Assembly (NCBI GenBank): GCA_014874485.1
Contig: JADBJK010000055.1
Location: forward strand, 10,243-74,242
Direction of reading: 5' to 3'
Length of the DNA stretch: 64,000 nt
DNA from: Chloroflexota bacterium
GTDB taxonomy: Bacteria > Chloroflexota > Anaerolineae > DTLA01
The position numbers and the translations under genes are program-made. A model generated the notes under the pieces. It worked only from the letters and a program-made list of their open reading frames with translations. It made no database searches and was not told the origin of the DNA. Positions within the stretch are counted from its first letter, which is position 1. Every line of letters starts with the position of its first letter. Of this stretch, positions 33,036-42,353 are shown one piece after another.

Positions 33036-34109
33036 GTGGCCAAGAAACGCAAGAAGAAACAGACACAGCAGACCCCTCGCCCTGCCCAGTCCGCCGCCAA
33101 GAAGGGCGAGGCGAAGCCGAAACCCAAGAAGAAAACCGCCCCCGGTGCCGGCATCAAGCGCTGGATCGCGCCCGTGGCGTTGGCGCTGGTCGTGGTCGCG
33201 GCGCTCATCACCGCCCAGGCGCTCATCCGCCGCAACGCCGCGCGGCCCACCGGCCCGTGGACCCTCACCATCCTGCACACCACCGACGTGGAGGGCTACT
33301 TAGACCCCTGCGGCTGACGCCCCCCCAAGGGGGGTGTGGCCCGTCGGGCCACCGTCATCAAGGACTACCGCGCCAAGACCCCGTACCTGCTCGTCCTGGA
33401 CGCAGGCGATGCGCTCTTTGGACAGCCGGTCTCTGACATCAGCCAGGGCAAGGCCCTTACCGAGGCGATGGGCCTCATGGGATACAACGCCATGGCCATC
33501 GGCGAGCGCGACCTGGCCCATTTCCCAGAACTCCTGGACCGCTCGCGCGAGGCCAAGTTCGCCTTCCTGTCGGCCAACCTGGTGTACGCCGACTCGGGCA
33601 AGCCGGTCTTCACGCCCTACATCGTGCAGGACGTGGGCGGGCGCAAGGTTGCCATCATCGGCCTGACCCCGGCCGACGATACGTTCAAGTCCTTCGTGCC
33701 GCCGTCAACGAACATCACGGCCAAGGACCCGGTTGAGACCGCCCGCGAGTACGTCGCCAAGGCCCACGCCGACAAGGTGGATGCCGTCGTCATCCTGTCG
33801 CACCTGGGCAACGTCATGGACCGCAAGATCGCCACCGAGGTGAACGGCATCACGGCCATCGTCGGGGGCCACTCCTACGACCTGCTGCAGGAGACGCTGC
33901 AACTCAACAACACCGTCATCGGCCAGGCGGGCTATGGCGGCGAGTGGCTCGGCGAAATCACCGTGGACTTTGACGCCGAAGGCAACGTTACGTCGGCGAA
34001 GGCCGGCGTGATCCCGCTCACCGAGGATTACGCCGACGACCCCGAACTGGCCGCGCTGGCCGCTCGGTACAATGCCGCGCTCCCGCCGACGCCCACCGTC
34101 CAGCCGTAG
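33036..34109 (+). pseudogene. 5'-nucleotidase/metallophosphoesterase-like gene interrupted by an in-frame TGA at 33315-33317 and with degenerate catalytic motifs (pseudogene, or a recoded/Sec gene)
   Basis: The two track ORFs (33036-33317 and 33336-34109) are in the same frame and separated only by TGA: ...HTTDVEGYLDPCG*RPPKGGVARRATVIKDYR... This is homologous to the HTNDxHG...GGxARxATxIK region of UshA-family enzymes. GNHEF is replaced by GERDL. Confidence 0.5.
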
Positions 34110-34131
34110 TGCACGCGGGGAGGTGTCCGCA

Positions 34132-34941
34132 ATGGCCGTGCTGGGCAAGACGATTACCGTCGTCGTGAAAGGGGGCGGCGACCTGGCTTCGGGCGTCGCC
34201 TGGCGGCTGTGGAATTGCGGGTTCCGGGTGGTGGTTACCGAAATCCCCGCCCCCACCGTCATCCGCCGCAAGGTGGCCTTCGCCACGGCCGTGTGGGAAG
34301 GCGAGACGACCGTGGGCGGCGTGCGGGCGCGCAAGGTAGAGGGCGCGGAGGGCGTTCGGGCCGCCTGGGCCGAGGGCGTTCTCCCCGTCGTCGTAGACCC
34401 CGAAGCCGCCATCATCCGCGAACTGCGCCCGGACGTGGTGGTGGACGCCATCCTGGCCAAGCGTAACCTGGGCACGCATATCACCGACGCGCCCCTGGTC
34501 ATCGGGCTGGGGCCGGGGTTCACCGCCGGCGAGGATGTCCACGCGGTCATAGAGACGATGCGAGGCCACACCCTGGGGCGCGTGATCTGGCAGGGCCAGG
34601 CTCTGCCCAACACGGGAATCCCCGGCGAGGTGGGCGGCCACGCCGAGTTGCGGGTGGTGCGCGCGCCTTGCGCGGGGGTGTTCCGCGGCGTGCGCGAAAT
34701 CGGCGACATGGTGGACGAGGGCGACATCGTCGCCTATGTGGACGCCGAGCCGGTGCGCGTGCGATTGAAGGGCGTCCTGCGCGGGTTGCTCCACGATGGG
34801 CTGACCGTGCACGCCAACATGAAGGTGGGCGACGTGGACCCGCGCGCCGAGCGCGAGCACTGCTTCACCATCTCGGACAAGGCGCTGGCCATCGCGGGCG
34901 GCGTGCTGGAGGCCATCCTTCACGCCATGCGCGCGGGCTAG
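34132..34941 (+). CDS. YqeB/EF2563-family protein (XdhC-like Rossmann; selenium-dependent molybdenum hydroxylase system accessory protein family)
   Basis: ITVVVKGGGDLASGVAWRLWNCGFRVVVTEIPAPTVIRRKVAFATAVWEGETTVGGVRARKV matches the conserved N-terminal pattern of this family. GGGAGG RBS. Confidence 0.6.
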   Translation: MAVLGKTITVVVKGGGDLASGVAWRLWNCGFRVVVTEIPAPTVIRRKVAFATAVWEGETTVGGVRARKVEGAEGVRAAWAEGVLPVVVDPEAAIIRELRPDVVVDAILAKRNLGTHITDAPLVIGLGPGFTAGEDVHAVIETMRGHTLGRVIWQGQALPNTGIPGEVGGHAELRVVRAPCAGVFRGVREIGDMVDEGDIVAYVDAEPVRVRLKGVLRGLLHDGLTVHANMKVGDVDPRAEREHCFTISDKALAIAGGVLEAILHAMRAG

Positions 34942-34985
34942 TGCCAACTGGGCACGGATGCTTTGCCGCAGGGATTCTTGATGGG

Positions 34986-35452
34986 TTGTCATTGCGAGGG
35001 GCGAAGCCCCGAAGCAATCTCCGAACGTGAGATTGCTTCGCTTCGCTCGCAATGACAGATAAGGTGTCTTTGCGAGGGGCGAAGCCCCGAAGCAATCTCC
35101 GAACGTGAGATTGCTTCGCTTCGCTCGCAATGACAGATAAGGTGTCTTTGCGAGGGGCGAAGCCCCGAAGCAATCTCCGAACGTGAGATTGCTTCGCTTC
35201 GCTCGCAATGACAGATAAGGTGTCTTTGCGAGGGGCGAAGCCCCGAAGCAATCTCCGAACGTGAGATTGCTTCGCTTCGCTCGCAATGACAGATAAGGTG
35301 TCTTTGCGAGGGGCGAAGCCCCGAAGCAATCCCACGGGATGCGAGATTGCTTCGCTTCGCTCGCAATGACAGATAAGGTGTCTTTGCGAGGGGCGAAGCC
35401 CCGAAGCAATCCCACGGGATGCGAGATTGCTTCGCTTCGCTCGCAATGACAG
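34986..35452. repeat. Second tandem array of about 6 x 78-bp units of the family-1 palindromic element (variant tttgcgaggggcgaagccccgaagcaatctccgaacgtgagattgcttcgcttcgctcgcaatgacagataaggtgtc)
   Basis: Period 78 bp, with copies starting near 34990, 35068, 35146, 35224, 35302 and 35380. It sits in the convergent gap between the YqeB-like gene (+) and the CN-hydrolase gene (-). Confidence 0.9.
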
Positions 35453-35494
35453 ATGGCAATGCTCTCCGCAGTCAACCACGGGCCGGGCACGCCG

Positions 35495-36280
35495 CTACAG
35501 GTACAATTCCGGGCGCTGCCCCTGGCCGACGGGCAGTTTTCGCCGCGCCTCGGCCACGTCGGCCAGATCCACGTCGGCGCACAGGATTTGCTCCGCGGTG
35601 CCCGCCTCGGCGATGCGCTCGCCCCAGGGCGACGCCACCACCGACAGCCCCGCCAACGGCTCGCCGCAGCATAGGCCCACCCCGTTGGCCCCCACGAGGA
35701 ACGCCAGGCTCTGCAACGCCGTCGCCACCGTGAGGATGCGCCAGTGCTCCGCCCGCGCCTGCGGCCACTGCGCCGCGACCAGCAGCACCTCCGCGCCGAG
35801 GGCCGCCATGCGCTGGAACAGGCCGGGGAATCGCAGGTCGTAGCAGATGGCCAGGCCGATGCGCCCGATGTCCGTCGGCACGACCACAACATCGCCGCCA
35901 GGGGTGAAGTAGTCCGGTTCGCGCAGCAGGGGGATCAGGTGCGCCTTGCGGTAGCGGGCCAGCAGGTTCCGACCAGGCCCTGCCAGCGCCAGCGTGTTGT
36001 AGAACCGGTCGCCGTCGCGCTCGGCCAGGCCCCAGGCCACGTGGGCGCGGTAGCGGGCGGCCAGGCCCGCCATCGCCGCGGTCGTCTCGCCATCCAGCGG
36101 CTCGGCCAGCGTGTCCAAGCGAGGCAGGTCGTAGCCGCAGGCGGCCAGTTCCGGGAGCAGCACCAGTTGCGCGCCGTCATCCAGCGCGCGCCGGGCCAGG
36201 TCGGCCATGCGGCGGCGGTTGGCGGCAGGGTCGCCCGCGGCGATGTGCATTTGGATTGCGGCCACGCGGACCTTGGGCAT
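35495..36280 (-). CDS. Carbon-nitrogen hydrolase family protein (nitrilase/amidase superfamily)
   Basis: RVAAIQMHIAAGDPAANRRRM...LVLLPELAACGY...GLAICYDLRFP: the catalytic E-K-C triad context is present. Confidence 0.85.
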   Translation of the reverse strand: MPKVRVAAIQMHIAAGDPAANRRRMADLARRALDDGAQLVLLPELAACGYDLPRLDTLAEPLDGETTAAMAGLAARYRAHVAWGLAERDGDRFYNTLALAGPGRNLLARYRKAHLIPLLREPDYFTPGGDVVVVPTDIGRIGLAICYDLRFPGLFQRMAALGAEVLLVAAQWPQARAEHWRILTVATALQSLAFLVGANGVGLCCGEPLAGLSVVASPWGERIAEAGTAEQILCADVDLADVAEARRKLPVGQGQRPELYL

Positions 36281-36379
36281 TCTGGAATCCTCTCCAAGAT
36301 AGGCCGGTTACAAAACCCGTCTTTGCGTGTAGGGGCGGCCTGGCAGGCCACCCCTACTGCTTGGCCATAGAGAAAATTG

Positions 36380-36600
36380 CCAGTTGTCATTACGAGCGAA
36401 GCCAAGCCATCCAGTCGGCCCACGTGCGACGCACCTCGGAGGTGCGTCGCACGTGCCTTCTCACGTCATGCTGAGCAAAGCGACGCATCTCGGTTGGCGA
36501 GATTCTTCGGCGCCCCACGCCTCAGCCCGTAGGGACAATTCATGAATTGTCCCTACGGGCGCTCCGCGCCCTCGCAATGACACACCGTCAAGACTCCCTG
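36380..36600. repeat. Repeat cluster: family-1 element, CGTGCGACGCACCTCGGAGGTGCGTCGCACG palindrome, and REP-like GTAGGGACAATTCATGAATTGTCCCTAC
   Basis: Direct reading. It shares the two palindromes with 27370-27575. Confidence 0.85.
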
Positions 36601-36623
36601 TGGTAGAGTACTACACGGATGCT

Positions 36624-38099
36624 CTACGGCGCGTAGCGGAACGGATGGCGCGCCGAATGCTTCTCGGCAACCAGTTCCTCAAACGTCGGCCGGCCTTCCA
36701 GCGCCTTGCGGACTGCTGCTTTCATCGCCTTGAAGTTGTTGATGCGCACCCGCCATCGGTTGCTGGCCCCCGGATGCACGAACACGTTGGCGATGAGCAC
36801 GATGTCGTCCAGCAGCGCCGGCGGCAGCGTGCCATCCTTGACCAGCGCCTCCAGCGCCATGACCACGCCGCCCGCCGCGTGCTCGTACACGTTCTCGGCC
36901 TGGCGCTTGGTGCGCACCGTTACCGTCGGCACCAGCAGCGTCTTCGGGCGGTCAAAGATGATGCGGAGTTCGTGGCCCGGACGCGGCTCGGCCAGCGCCC
37001 GCTCTATGGCCTTGCCCACCGGGCCGTCCTTGCGGCCGATGAGCAGGTCAATGTGGGCCAGTTCCGAGAAGGGCGGGCCGGCGAACCCCTCGCCCACCAG
37101 GAGCGTCATGTCCCGCACCTCACTGGGTGCGGCGGGCGGCTTGGGGAACTGGCTCGTCGCCGTCGGGCCGCCCGGGTACAGGTGGTAGGTCATGGGGCGC
37201 GGCGGAATCTTGCCCAACTCCTCCAGCACGCCGCGCACCTCTTCGTAATCCTCGCGGCGGAAGGCGTCGCCCTTCATCATCGGGTGGCGCGAATCGCCGA
37301 TGGGAAGCCCCAGCAGTTGCAGCGCCTCCTTGACCGCCTGGGTCGGCCCCTGCCGCGCCAAGATGCGGACGAACCGCTGGATGCGCGCCATCAGGGTCTG
37401 CGCCGTCGCCAGGTCGCCCGACAGGACGGCCTTGTAGATGGTCTGCCACACGTCCGGGATGACGTTGGCGCTGGCCAAGATCGCGCCGTCGGCTCCCATC
37501 GCCAGCGCGGCGGGCACGATTTCGTCGTGGCCAGTGAAGATGCCGATCTTGCCGCGCACCTTCTCAAACACCGCCATCAGGTAGGGCATGTCGCCGCTGG
37601 AGTCCTTGATGCCCACGACGTTCTCCAGATAGGCCATGCCCTCGGTCGTCCACCACTGGTAGTGCGTCCCCGCGCACTGGGGGATGTTGTACAGGATGAG
37701 CGGCACGCCCAGTTTGTTCAGCGCGTCGTAGTGATCGTACACCTCGTTAAACGACGGCTTGAGGTAATAGGGCGCGGCGACCAGAGCGGCCGTAACGCCC
37801 GCGTCCCTGGCCCACGCCGTCATCTTGACCGTCTCGCGGGTGGACGGGTAGGCCGTGCCCGCCACGACCGGCACGCGCCCGTTGACCTCATCCAGGGCGA
37901 TCTCAATGGCCCGCTTGCGCTCGTCTTCCAGCATGTACACGAATTCGCCCGTCGTGCCGCAGGGGACGATGCCATTGACATGGGGCAGGACGTAGCGGAT
38001 GAGTTCGCGGTAGGCGGCCTCATCCACCCGGTCGTCCTTGGTGAAGGGCGTTACCAGGGCAGGGAAGATTCCTTTGAACCAATCGGGTTTCTTTGACAT
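36624..38099 (-). CDS. Fusion of a DapA/NAL-family (dihydrodipicolinate synthase-like) lyase with a C-terminal formaldehyde-activating enzyme (Fae) domain
   Basis: N-terminal GIFPALVTPF...VPCGTTGEF... is DapA-family. The C-terminal LLVGEGFAGPPFSELAHIDLLIGRKDGPV...DDIVLIANVFVHP...KHSARHPF aligns with Fae ([20 protein letters not shown]...KSATHPF). Start at MSKKPDWF with an AAGGAGAG RBS. Confidence 0.8.
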   Translation of the reverse strand: MSKKPDWFKGIFPALVTPFTKDDRVDEAAYRELIRYVLPHVNGIVPCGTTGEFVYMLEDERKRAIEIALDEVNGRVPVVAGTAYPSTRETVKMTAWARDAGVTAALVAAPYYLKPSFNEVYDHYDALNKLGVPLILYNIPQCAGTHYQWWTTEGMAYLENVVGIKDSSGDMPYLMAVFEKVRGKIGIFTGHDEIVPAALAMGADGAILASANVIPDVWQTIYKAVLSGDLATAQTLMARIQRFVRILARQGPTQAVKEALQLLGLPIGDSRHPMMKGDAFRREDYEEVRGVLEELGKIPPRPMTYHLYPGGPTATSQFPKPPAAPSEVRDMTLLVGEGFAGPPFSELAHIDLLIGRKDGPVGKAIERALAEPRPGHELRIIFDRPKTLLVPTVTVRTKRQAENVYEHAAGGVVMALEALVKDGTLPPALLDDIVLIANVFVHPGASNRWRVRINNFKAMKAAVRKALEGRPTFEELVAEKHSARHPFRYAP

Positions 38100-38115
38100 G
38101 GGTCTCTCCTTTGCC

Positions 38116-39537
38116 CTACGCGCCGAACGCCTGGCGGATGGCGGCGTTCGTTGCGGCCAGCACCGCATGATACAGGGCGTGGCGATCCAGGGCCTTGGGG
38201 TGTACGCTGGCCTGCACCAGCATCACGTGCGTGTCCATGGCCGACTTGGGAATCGTGCCGTCTTCCAGCGCGTCCACGATGGCGCGGGCCACCGCCGCCT
38301 GCGTGGGGCCGTAGATCATGTTGGCCTGGCGCAGGTTCCGCAGTTCCGCCGTCGGGACGATGAGCGTGGACGGGCGCACGGTGAGGTTCGGCTCCAGGAT
38401 GGTGGTCAGCGCCTCGTAGCCGTGGCGCGGGTAGGTGAGTTGCAGCGCGAACGCCTCGCCCACAAGGCCGTCCTTCGGCCCCGCGACCAGGTCTATCTGC
38501 ACGTTCTCCGGCTCCACGCCCGCCGTGCCGGTCCCCACACGCAGCGAGGCGGCCTTCACCTGTTCGGCTGAGATGCCCAGCGCGGCGAACCGCCCGGCCA
38601 GGGGGCCGTCGGGCGGCGCGTAGGCGCTGTCGTCGGGGGCCACCTTGCCCAGGCGCTCCAGTTCCAACTGGATCTCGGCGCGGTCCTCGTGGGTCAGGCT
38701 GCCGCCGACTTTGAGCGGACGCCGCGCCTGCCCCACCGGAATCCCCATCATGTTCAGCGCCTGCTTGACGGCCAGGCCGCCGCCGTAGCGGCAGAAGATG
38801 CGCGACAGTTTCTGGACGCTACGCTGGAGCGCGCGGGCTTCCTCTATGCGGCCCTCCTGCACGGCGGCATAGACCTGCTGCCACACTTCGGGGTACACGT
38901 TGGCGCTGGCCAGAATCATGCCGGTGCAGCCCCCCGCCAGCGCCGGCAGCACCACCTCGTCGTGGCCGACGAACACGTCAATCCGCCCCTGCACCATCTC
39001 CAGAATCTCCATGGTGTAGGTGAGATTCCCCGACGAGTCCTTGATGCCCACGATGTTGGGGATGTCCGACAGGTCTTCCACCACGTTGCGCGGCAGGTAG
39101 GCATCCACCACCTGCGGGATGTTGTACAGCAGGATGGGGATGTCCACCGCCATCGCCACGTCGTAGAAGTGCTGATAGATGCCCTTGTCGGACGGGTGCA
39201 GAAAGAACGGGGTAACCACCAGGCAGGCGTTGGCCCCGGCTTCCTTCGCGTTGCGGGCCAGGAGGATGGTCTCCTTCGTCCCGGCAGCGCCCGTGCCGGC
39301 GATGATGGGCTTGCGCCCTGCCACCTCATCCACGACGATGGAGATGACGCGCTTTTGCTCATCGGGGGTCATGTACGGGAACTCGCCGGTCGTCCCGCAG
39401 GGCACGAACCCGTCCACATGGGGCAGCAGGTGGCGCACCAGCGCGCGCAGCGCCGGCTCGTCCACCTCCTCATCTTTGGTGAAAGGCGTTACCAACGCGG
39501 GGAAGACGCCCCGCAACCACGGCAGTTTTGCAGGCAT
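38116..39537 (-). CDS. Paralogous DapA-family lyase with a divergent Fae-like C-terminal domain
   Basis: MPAKLPWLRGVFPALVTPF...VPCGTTGEFPYM. The C-terminal LRVGTGTAGVEPENVQIDLVAGPKDGLVGEAF...HVMLVQASVHP is Fae-like. GGAGG RBS. Confidence 0.75.
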   Translation of the reverse strand: MPAKLPWLRGVFPALVTPFTKDEEVDEPALRALVRHLLPHVDGFVPCGTTGEFPYMTPDEQKRVISIVVDEVAGRKPIIAGTGAAGTKETILLARNAKEAGANACLVVTPFFLHPSDKGIYQHFYDVAMAVDIPILLYNIPQVVDAYLPRNVVEDLSDIPNIVGIKDSSGNLTYTMEILEMVQGRIDVFVGHDEVVLPALAGGCTGMILASANVYPEVWQQVYAAVQEGRIEEARALQRSVQKLSRIFCRYGGGLAVKQALNMMGIPVGQARRPLKVGGSLTHEDRAEIQLELERLGKVAPDDSAYAPPDGPLAGRFAALGISAEQVKAASLRVGTGTAGVEPENVQIDLVAGPKDGLVGEAFALQLTYPRHGYEALTTILEPNLTVRPSTLIVPTAELRNLRQANMIYGPTQAAVARAIVDALEDGTIPKSAMDTHVMLVQASVHPKALDRHALYHAVLAATNAAIRQAFGA

Positions 39538-39642
39538 TCGGGAACCTCCGATGCAAAATCTCGCGGGGCGCGCAGGGGATACCGCAGACCGCCGTCCGGC
39601 GACCCGGGCGCCCCGCACGCCACCGCGAACGATGCGAGTTGG

Positions 39643-40593
39643 CTACGGCTTCGGGATAGCCAGGCCCTTGCAGCCCTGCTTGGAGAGGATGAGGTCGGGC
39701 TGGTTCTCCTGAATCAGGGTGTGGATGATCTCGGCGTACTTCACCTTCTCGCGGGCGAAGTCGGCCAGGGCCTGGGGGCTGGTCCACGGCTTGTACAGCG
39801 CCCCCGGCCCGGCAGCGCAGGCGGGCCCAGGCTCAATCTTGAAGTAGCAGGGCGCGCAGACCCGCGCCATCTCGGCCCCGTCGTAGAAGCGGTTGTACCC
39901 ACCGAAGGACTCCGCCAGGTAGATGTGCAGGTCCATGGGGATGTCCACGGCCTGGCGGATGGAGGCCAGTTGCGGCAGGCTCAGGTCGCCCACGGGGTTG
40001 AAGGTGCCCGCGCCCAGCGACTGGAGCACCTTGCCGCCCGCCGCCGAGGCGTGCCCCGCGTAGATGGAGACCTTGAACGTTACGTCATCGGGAATCTCGC
40101 CCGCCTTGCGGAGTTCGTTCAGGAGCCACAGGAGGCCCTCGTCAATCACCAGGAAGCCGCGGAAGCCGATCTCAATGCACGTGAGGATGTCGGTGATGAC
40201 GTAGCGGAGTTGGTCGGAGCCGCGGAAGCGGAGGCCCGACAGGCCACCTTCGGGGGTAACGACTTGCCGCCCCACGTCCCACGCGGCGCGCGGCCCGGGC
40301 GTCAGGATGACTTCCAGCCTGTTCTCGGCGGCGATCTGGGCGAAGTCGCGCAGTTCCGCCCGGTCCAGGAGCGTGGCGCCCATGACTACGGAGATGACGC
40401 GGTGGATGGGGATCTTGCGCCGGTTCATCTCATCAACAAGCGCCTCCAACACGTTGGGCCGCTCCACGCCCGAGATTTCCATGCGGTAGTGGGCGCCATC
40501 GGGGAAGCGCTTGGGGCTGGATGGGAGGTCGTAGGCGTCCCGGCCGGGGATGCCCACCTTCTCCATCATCTTGGCGACGCGATCCATATTCAT
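39643..40593 (-). CDS. Hypothetical protein (possible TIM-barrel enzyme) in the same orientation as, and directly downstream of, the DapA-Fae pair
   Basis: 316 aa with an AAGGAGGG RBS. No family recognised by eye. Confidence 0.4.
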   Translation of the reverse strand: MNMDRVAKMMEKVGIPGRDAYDLPSSPKRFPDGAHYRMEISGVERPNVLEALVDEMNRRKIPIHRVISVVMGATLLDRAELRDFAQIAAENRLEVILTPGPRAAWDVGRQVVTPEGGLSGLRFRGSDQLRYVITDILTCIEIGFRGFLVIDEGLLWLLNELRKAGEIPDDVTFKVSIYAGHASAAGGKVLQSLGAGTFNPVGDLSLPQLASIRQAVDIPMDLHIYLAESFGGYNRFYDGAEMARVCAPCYFKIEPGPACAAGPGALYKPWTSPQALADFAREKVKYAEIIHTLIQENQPDLILSKQGCKGLAIPKP

Positions 40594-40743
40594 TTGTCAA
40601 CCCTCCTTCGCAATATTCACTGGCCTCTTTGCCGCAAATTCCCGCGGAGGTAAGGACAACCACACCGTTCCGCCCGCAGTATACCATGCGGGGCGAGGGG
40701 TGTCAATCTGGGGCGAGGCGGTTCGGCGCGTCCTCCGGCGGCG

Positions 40744-41124
40744 GAATTCACCGCAGAGACGCAGAGAACACAGAGGGTAGAGATTGAACTTGAGTTCTCC
40801 GCGCTCTCTGCGCTCTCTGTGGTGCGGTACGGATTTCACCGCGGGGAGCGCGGCGGATTTGGAACACGAAAGCCGCGAAAGGACACGAAAAGGCGCGAAA
40901 ACCTTTCGTGCCTTTCGTGCGGTTTCGTGCCCTCCGTGCTCCGATCTCCGCGCGCTCTGCGTTCTCTGCGGTGCGGTACAGATTTCACCGCGGGGAGCGC
41001 GGCGGATTTGGAACACGAAAGCCGCGAAAGGACACGAAAAGGCGCGAAAACCTTTCGTGCCTTTCGTGCGGTTTCGTGCCCTCCGTGCTCCGATCTCCGC
41101 GCTCTCTGCGCTCTCTGCGGTGAA
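40744..41124. repeat. Composite repeat: two direct copies of about 149 bp (caccgcagag family plus cacgaaag family modules)
   Basis: ggtgcggtacggatttcaccgcggggagcgcggcggatttggaacacgaaagccgcgaaaggacacgaaaaggcgcgaaaacctttcgtgcctttcgtgcggtttcgtgccctccgtgctccgatctccgcg... is repeated at 40821 and 40970. It is flanked by ctctgcgctctctgcggtg palindromes. Confidence 0.85.
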
Positions 41125-41127
41125 GTA

Positions 41128-42333
41128 CTACTCGTACCGCAAGCGCCAGAACCCGAGGCCGAAGAACACGGCGGCGAAGGCCAGCAGCACCCCCGCCTCG
41201 GGCAGGATGCCGCCAACCCCCTGCCCGCGCACGACGATGTCGCTGAACCCGGCCATGGCCCACGTCGTCGGGAATATCCGCACCACCTGCTGGTACACCT
41301 GCGGCGTGATCTCCAGCGGCCACCACGCGCCCCCTAGTGCCGCCATGAGCATGCCGCTGCTGATGGCCATCCAGTTGGCCTGGCTGGGCGTCTTGGCTAC
41401 GGTACCCACCAGCACGCCCAAGGCCACGAACGCCAGCGCGAAGGCCAGCATCATGAGGGCCAGCGCCAGCGGCGACCGTCCCCAGTTGACACCCAAGACC
41501 AGCGCCCCGAACACAATCAACAGCGCCATCTGCACCATGCCGTGGATCAGCCGCCCGCCGATTTTGCCGCCGAGGATGATTTCCCGCCCGACCGGCATCG
41601 CCAGCAGACGGCGCAGCGTCCCCTGCCGCCGCTCATCAATGAAGATGGCGGCCACCCCGATGAGGGGAATGGACACCCACGTAACCAACTGCCCCACCGA
41701 CGACTGTTCGGCAGCGTTGGCGCTGGTGCGGATGACTTCGGGCGCGTAGGTCGTCTCGGCGCGGGCGGGCGGGTTCGCCAGCAGTTCCTGCGCCATCGCC
41801 ATGGCCTGCTGGAAGTACGCCCGTCTCGCCGCCGCGTCGGCGAAGGGGCGTATCCGTTCGGCCTCGGCGACGCTGGCGGTGGCTGCCAGGACGGCGTTGC
41901 TCACCCTGTCCGCCGCGGCGCGCACGGCTTGCTCCACCGCCAGCGCGCGCGTGTCGTTGGGCGCCTGGGTCAGCGTGAGGTCCGACACGCGGCCCGCCAT
42001 CAGCGCCTCGCCGAACCCGGTGGGGATGATGAGCGCGGCGGCCACCTTGCCGTCCTTGACCAGGGCCTCGGCCTCGGCGCGGGTTCGGGCGACCGGCCTC
42101 ACCACATCCGACTCTGCGAGGAGCGCCGTCAGTTGGGACGACAGGGCGCTCGCGTCCTCGTCCGCCACCGGCAGGGTGTAGCGGTTGTCGCCGTCGGAAC
42201 TCCCGCCCCCCGACATCGTAGCGGCCAAGATGAGCGTGAAGATAACGGGCAGGACAAGGAAGAAGATCAGTTCGGACTTGTCCGCGAACCCCATCTTGAA
42301 GTCCAGCCATGCAATCGCAAGCAGTTTTCGCAT
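41128..42333 (-). CDS. ABC-2 type transporter permease
   Basis: N-terminal TM, a large extracytoplasmic loop, and five C-terminal TM segments. Start at MRKLLAIAWLDF. Confidence 0.8.
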   Translation of the reverse strand: MRKLLAIAWLDFKMGFADKSELIFFLVLPVIFTLILAATMSGGGSSDGDNRYTLPVADEDASALSSQLTALLAESDVVRPVARTRAEAEALVKDGKVAAALIIPTGFGEALMAGRVSDLTLTQAPNDTRALAVEQAVRAAADRVSNAVLAATASVAEAERIRPFADAAARRAYFQQAMAMAQELLANPPARAETTYAPEVIRTSANAAEQSSVGQLVTWVSIPLIGVAAIFIDERRQGTLRRLLAMPVGREIILGGKIGGRLIHGMVQMALLIVFGALVLGVNWGRSPLALALMMLAFALAFVALGVLVGTVAKTPSQANWMAISSGMLMAALGGAWWPLEITPQVYQQVVRIFPTTWAMAGFSDIVVRGQGVGGILPEAGVLLAFAAVFFGLGFWRLRYE

Positions 42334-42353
42334 TTCCATCCCTCGCAGCACAA

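Noticed and set aside
33315-33317. Treating 33036-33317 and 33336-34109 as two separate genes
   Set aside because: Both pieces are in the same frame and together reconstitute one contiguous metallophosphoesterase-like domain. The second piece has no independent RBS or start context. The locus is reported as one interrupted or recoded gene instead.
34018-35892. 624-aa minus-strand ORF and 204/156-aa ORFs spanning the second 78-bp array
   Set aside because: Same artefact as above. They run antisense through the YqeB-like gene and the repeat array, with no RBS.
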